A stretch of 64,000 bases of DNA, taken from Candidatus Poribacteria bacterium (GTDB lineage: Bacteria; Poribacteria; WGA-4E; PCPOR2b). Location of the stretch: positions 4,864,001-4,928,000 of the forward strand of contig OZ244587.1 in NCBI GenBank assembly GCA_965218095.1, read 5' to 3'. Under the pieces are notes generated by a model, which made no database searches, was not told where the DNA came from, and saw only the letters and a list, made by a program, of their open reading frames with translations. This document shows positions 61,412 to 64,000 of this stretch, piece after piece (position 1 is the stretch's first letter; each line of letters begins with the position of its first letter). The position numbers were made by a program, and so were the translations under genes.

Positions 61412-62143
61412 ATGAAACCGAGGTCTTTTATTTTCGTTGCATTGGCGATTGGATTTTTCTTATTAATCGCTACGCCGCAACTCAACGCTGATGATTACCG
61501 AGCCAAACGCGAGCGGATGGTTGCGACACAAATCGACTGGCACAACGTCAAAGGCCGAATCGGTGTCAGGAACGAATTGGTTCTGGAAGCCATGCGCCGT
61601 GTACCCCGCCATGAATTTGTCCCTGACAAGCTGAAATTGCAGGCTTACGCCGATTCCCCTTTGCCGATCGGATATGACCAGACAATCTCGCAGCCGTATA
61701 TCGTTGCGTACATGACTGAAATGCTCAAACCGCAAAAGGAACACAAGGTACTCGAAGTTGGCACCGGTTCAGGGTATCAAGCCGCTGTTTTGGCAGAACT
61801 GGTCGATCATGTCTATACAATCGAAATTATCAAAAAACTTGGCGAAAGTGCGAAAGAGCGGCTAAAGCGCCTTGATTACAAAAACGTGACGGTGAAAATT
61901 GGGGATGGCTACTTTGGTTCAAAGGAACATGCGCCCTATGATGCGATCATCGTCACTGCCGCCCCCGATCACATCCCACCCCCATTGGTGCAACAGCTCA
62001 AACCCGGAGGCGTCTTATGCATTCCGGTCGGTGGGCGATTTCAGATACAGAACCTGACGCTTGTGCGAAAAACAGTGGAAGGCACCGTCAAAACGAAGCA
62101 GGTGATGCCGGTGCGTTTTGTTCCGTTGACCGGGAAGCATTGA
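61412..62143 (+). CDS. pcm: Protein-L-isoaspartate O-methyltransferase with N-terminal signal-like peptide
   Basis: SD GGAGG; VPRHEFV, QTISQPY, LEVGTGSGYQAA, APYDAI, VRFVPL. Confidence 0.93.
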   Translation: MKPRSFIFVALAIGFFLLIATPQLNADDYRAKRERMVATQIDWHNVKGRIGVRNELVLEAMRRVPRHEFVPDKLKLQAYADSPLPIGYDQTISQPYIVAYMTEMLKPQKEHKVLEVGTGSGYQAAVLAELVDHVYTIEIIKKLGESAKERLKRLDYKNVTVKIGDGYFGSKEHAPYDAIIVTAAPDHIPPPLVQQLKPGGVLCIPVGGRFQIQNLTLVRKTVEGTVKTKQVMPVRFVPLTGKH

Positions 62144-62178
62144 TCGCATGCGTGAAACATGATGCGTGAGGTAATCGT

Positions 62179-63387
62179 ATGAAAATCATGAATGTCAAGG
62201 CAACGCCGATCTATATTCCGATGAAACATCCGCTGCGCTGGTCAATGGGGGTTGAGCCGGGAACGACGCGCACGATTGTTGAATTAATCACCGACGAAGG
62301 GCTTACTGGACTTGGTGAAGCGTAGGGCGGCGTCGAGATGGTACGCGCCATTGAACGGGCAAAACCGCTATTCATCGGTATGACTCCACTCGAAGTTTCG
62401 CGTCTTGCCAAGCGTTTTAGTATCTATCGCCTCTCGTCAGAGCAGATGGCCTACTCCGCACAGATGAAATTTGTCGGTTCCGCGATTGAAGTTGCCTGCT
62501 GGGACATCGTTGGCAAGGCGCTTGGGAAACGGTGCGGCGACCTCTGGGGCGGGGTGGAAATGGAGCAGGTGGAATTTGCCGCTTATCCCTTTTACCGCTA
62601 TGAAACCCTTGAACGAGAGGGAAACTTGAGCGAACCACAGGCTGTAGCAGATTATATGCTCGAACTCATCGAGACGCGCGGTTTCCGGGTTGCCAAGCTC
62701 AAGGGGGGTGTCCTCAACCCTGAACTGGAAATTGATACGGTCCGGCGGCTGCGCGAAACGTGTGGGGCTCGATTGCAAAAGCTCCGCTTTGATCCCAACT
62801 AGGCGTAGTCGGTGGAAACCTCAATCAATACCCTCCGCAAGATGGAGGCTTATGACCTTGAGTTTGTGGAGGATCCGACCTGGGGAATCGAAGGGATGGG
62901 CCTCGTTCGCAAGGACGTTCGCATCCCATTAGCGACCAACATGTGCGTCGTGAGTTTCGAACAGATTCCGTTGGCTGTGAGAACGCGCGCGATTGACATC
63001 ATTCTTGGCGATTTGCACTTCTGGGGTGGACCAACGGCGTTGATCCAACTCGCCAAAATCTGCGACACTTTCAATCTCGGCCTGAGCATGCACGATGACC
63101 GTCAATGCGGGATCAGTGCCGCGGCGGCGGTTCATTTGGTCGCCGCAAACCCGACCTTCAGCCATGCGGCGGATTCGCATCTGCCTGAACACACCGACGA
63201 CATTATTACGGAGCCGTGGGAATTTGTGGGTGGCTGCTTGAAAGTTCCTGATGGACCCGGTTTGGGCGTCGCCTTAGATTACGAAAAACTCGATCAGTTT
63301 CACCGGCTTTACCTCGAACACAGCGATCGGGATGAGTTCCAGGACGAACAACGTCGCGGTTGGTCGCCGTATCTGCCCCTTTGGTGA
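62179..63387 (+). pseudogene. Glucarate dehydratase-like enolase-superfamily gene with three in-frame TAG stops
   Basis: One continuous frame of 402 codons; TAG at 62323, 62800, 62806; KLKGG, DPN, EDP, ATNM, DLHFWGG motifs. Confidence 0.85.
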
Positions 63388-63427
63388 TTAGAAAAGAGAA
63401 ACACAATCTTAACTTGAGGAAAATATT

Positions 63428-64000
63428 GTGAGCATTGAAAATACGAATGGTTTACCGACATGGGATTTGTCGGATCTATATACAGGCATCGATGACCCAC
63501 AGTTGGAAACGGATTTAAGTTCGATGGTTGATCAAGCGATAGCGTTTGAGAAAACATACAAAGGGCGCATCGCCTGCGCGGATGTGACCGCCGACCTGCT
63601 GCGGGTTGCGCTGGACGACTATGAAGCCTTGATGAAGGTGCAGTACAAGCCGGGTTCATTTGCCAATTTGCTGTTTTCGACTGACACCGCGGATGCCCAA
63701 CGTGGCGCATTGTTGCAGAAAACGCGCGAGATCGGGTCAACAGCGGCAACACATTTGATTTTCTTCGACCTTGAAATCGGCGAAATCCCGCAAGAAACTT
63801 TTGACCGCATCATTGACCATCCGCAGCTCGCACCCTACCGTCATTACCTTGAACATGAGCGCAAACTGGCAGCGCACCATTTGAGCGAAGTGGAGGAGCA
63901 AGTTTTGGAGGAAACTGCCAATACGCGGGGACGCGCCTTTGAACGGCTGTTTACTGAAATCACGGCGCGCCAAACCTTTCGCATGGACGACAAAGAGCTG
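63428..64000 (+). CDS. pepF: M3-family oligoendopeptidase F, runs off the window end
   Basis: Not in ORF track; SD GAGGA + GTG; WDLSDLY, LIFFDLE, YRHYL..R....H.LSE.EE. Confidence 0.85.
   Translation, partial: MSIENTNGLPTWDLSDLYTGIDDPQLETDLSSMVDQAIAFEKTYKGRIACADVTADLLRVALDDYEALMKVQYKPGSFANLLFSTDTADAQRGALLQKTREIGSTAATHLIFFDLEIGEIPQETFDRIIDHPQLAPYRHYLEHERKLAAHHLSEVEEQVLEETANTRGRAFERLFTEITARQTFRMDDKEL

Noticed and set aside
62179-63387. Genome-wide TAG reassignment or pyrrolysine
   Set aside because: TAG ends full-length genes here (recA, trpB, tgt, hsdS), and the interrupted positions do not appear to share one residue.

Overview
Bacterial chromosomal window whose gene content points to Candidatus Poribacteria or a similar sponge-type symbiont (inference from several PhyH-family dioxygenases, enolase-superfamily enzymes, a sulfatase, LRR/FN3/HEAT proteins and 'LLPNYPNPFNPETWIPYQLA'-type C-terminal domains). 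Housekeeping genes (pckA, tgt, recA, trpB/trpA, gltX, pcm, pepF) are mixed with catabolic genes, many gene remnants, MITEs, REP-like palindromes and an IS982-family element. A type I R-M locus has about 5 kb of putative defence cargo between hsdM and hsdS. The best lead is missed by the ORF track: the 56551 gene has an in-frame TGA in a U-x-x-C motif, followed by a correctly spaced SECIS-like hairpin and 123 more open codons. This suggests an exported SnoaL-like/thioredoxin-like fusion selenoprotein (56551-57669). Other leads are PhyH-like enzymes with H-x-G instead of H-x-D, an ECF sigma factor fused to LRRs with an internal start, the R-M cargo (ATPase+PIN pair, 829-aa putative nuclease), and a promoter-linked structured element between tgt and recA. 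All calls come from reading motifs by eye; no searches were run.
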